DNA of 5,822 nt from the NCBI RefSeq assembly GCF_006345805.1, contig NW_021829802.1, forward strand, positions 1 through 5,822. The letters run 5' to 3'. Each line of letters begins with the position of its first letter. Positions within the stretch are counted from its first letter, which is position 1. A program made the position numbers and the translations under genes. This DNA comes from Octopus sinensis (taxonomy: Eukaryota). The notes under the pieces were generated by a model. That model was not told the DNA's origin and did no database searches. It worked only from the letters and a program-made list of their open reading frames with translations. Positions 5,780-5,822 of this stretch are shown in pieces.

Positions 5780-5822
5780 TCTCTCTCGCTCTTTTCTCTC
5801 TCTCTCTCTATCTATCTATCTC
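5780..5822. repeat. (CT)n/(CTAT)n microsatellite, truncated by the window edge
   Basis: Direct reading. Confidence 0.93.

Overview
AT-rich, repeat-saturated, non-genic eukaryotic DNA. The SINE and LINE families look like those of an octopus/coleoid cephalopod (recognised from memory, not by search). I find no intact host gene, and the supplied ORFs are microsatellite read-throughs or antisense frames. Contents in order: (1) a frameshifted, 5'-truncated R4/Dong-clade non-LTR retrotransposon on the minus strand (1-693); (2) a ~2 kb (TAT/ATA)n field (694-2683) holding a probable Dong 3'UTR fragment, an unclassified ~750 bp element with a 329-bp-period duplication, and a tRNA-derived SINE; (3) a Penelope-like terminal remnant with a minimal hammerhead ribozyme core, set tail-to-tail with a short second copy across (TA)n; (4) a GT/GC alternating tract and a perfect 50-bp palindrome; (5) a minus-strand SINE cluster; (6) an AT-rich fold-back/MITE-like element. 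The most unusual signal is in the SINE cluster. Two 184-bp units of one SINE subfamily sit at the same nucleotide inside the tRNA head of a TSD-flanked SINE of another subfamily, each with a hairpin junction. This suggests site-specific SINE-into-SINE insertion or circular-RNA-derived multimers.
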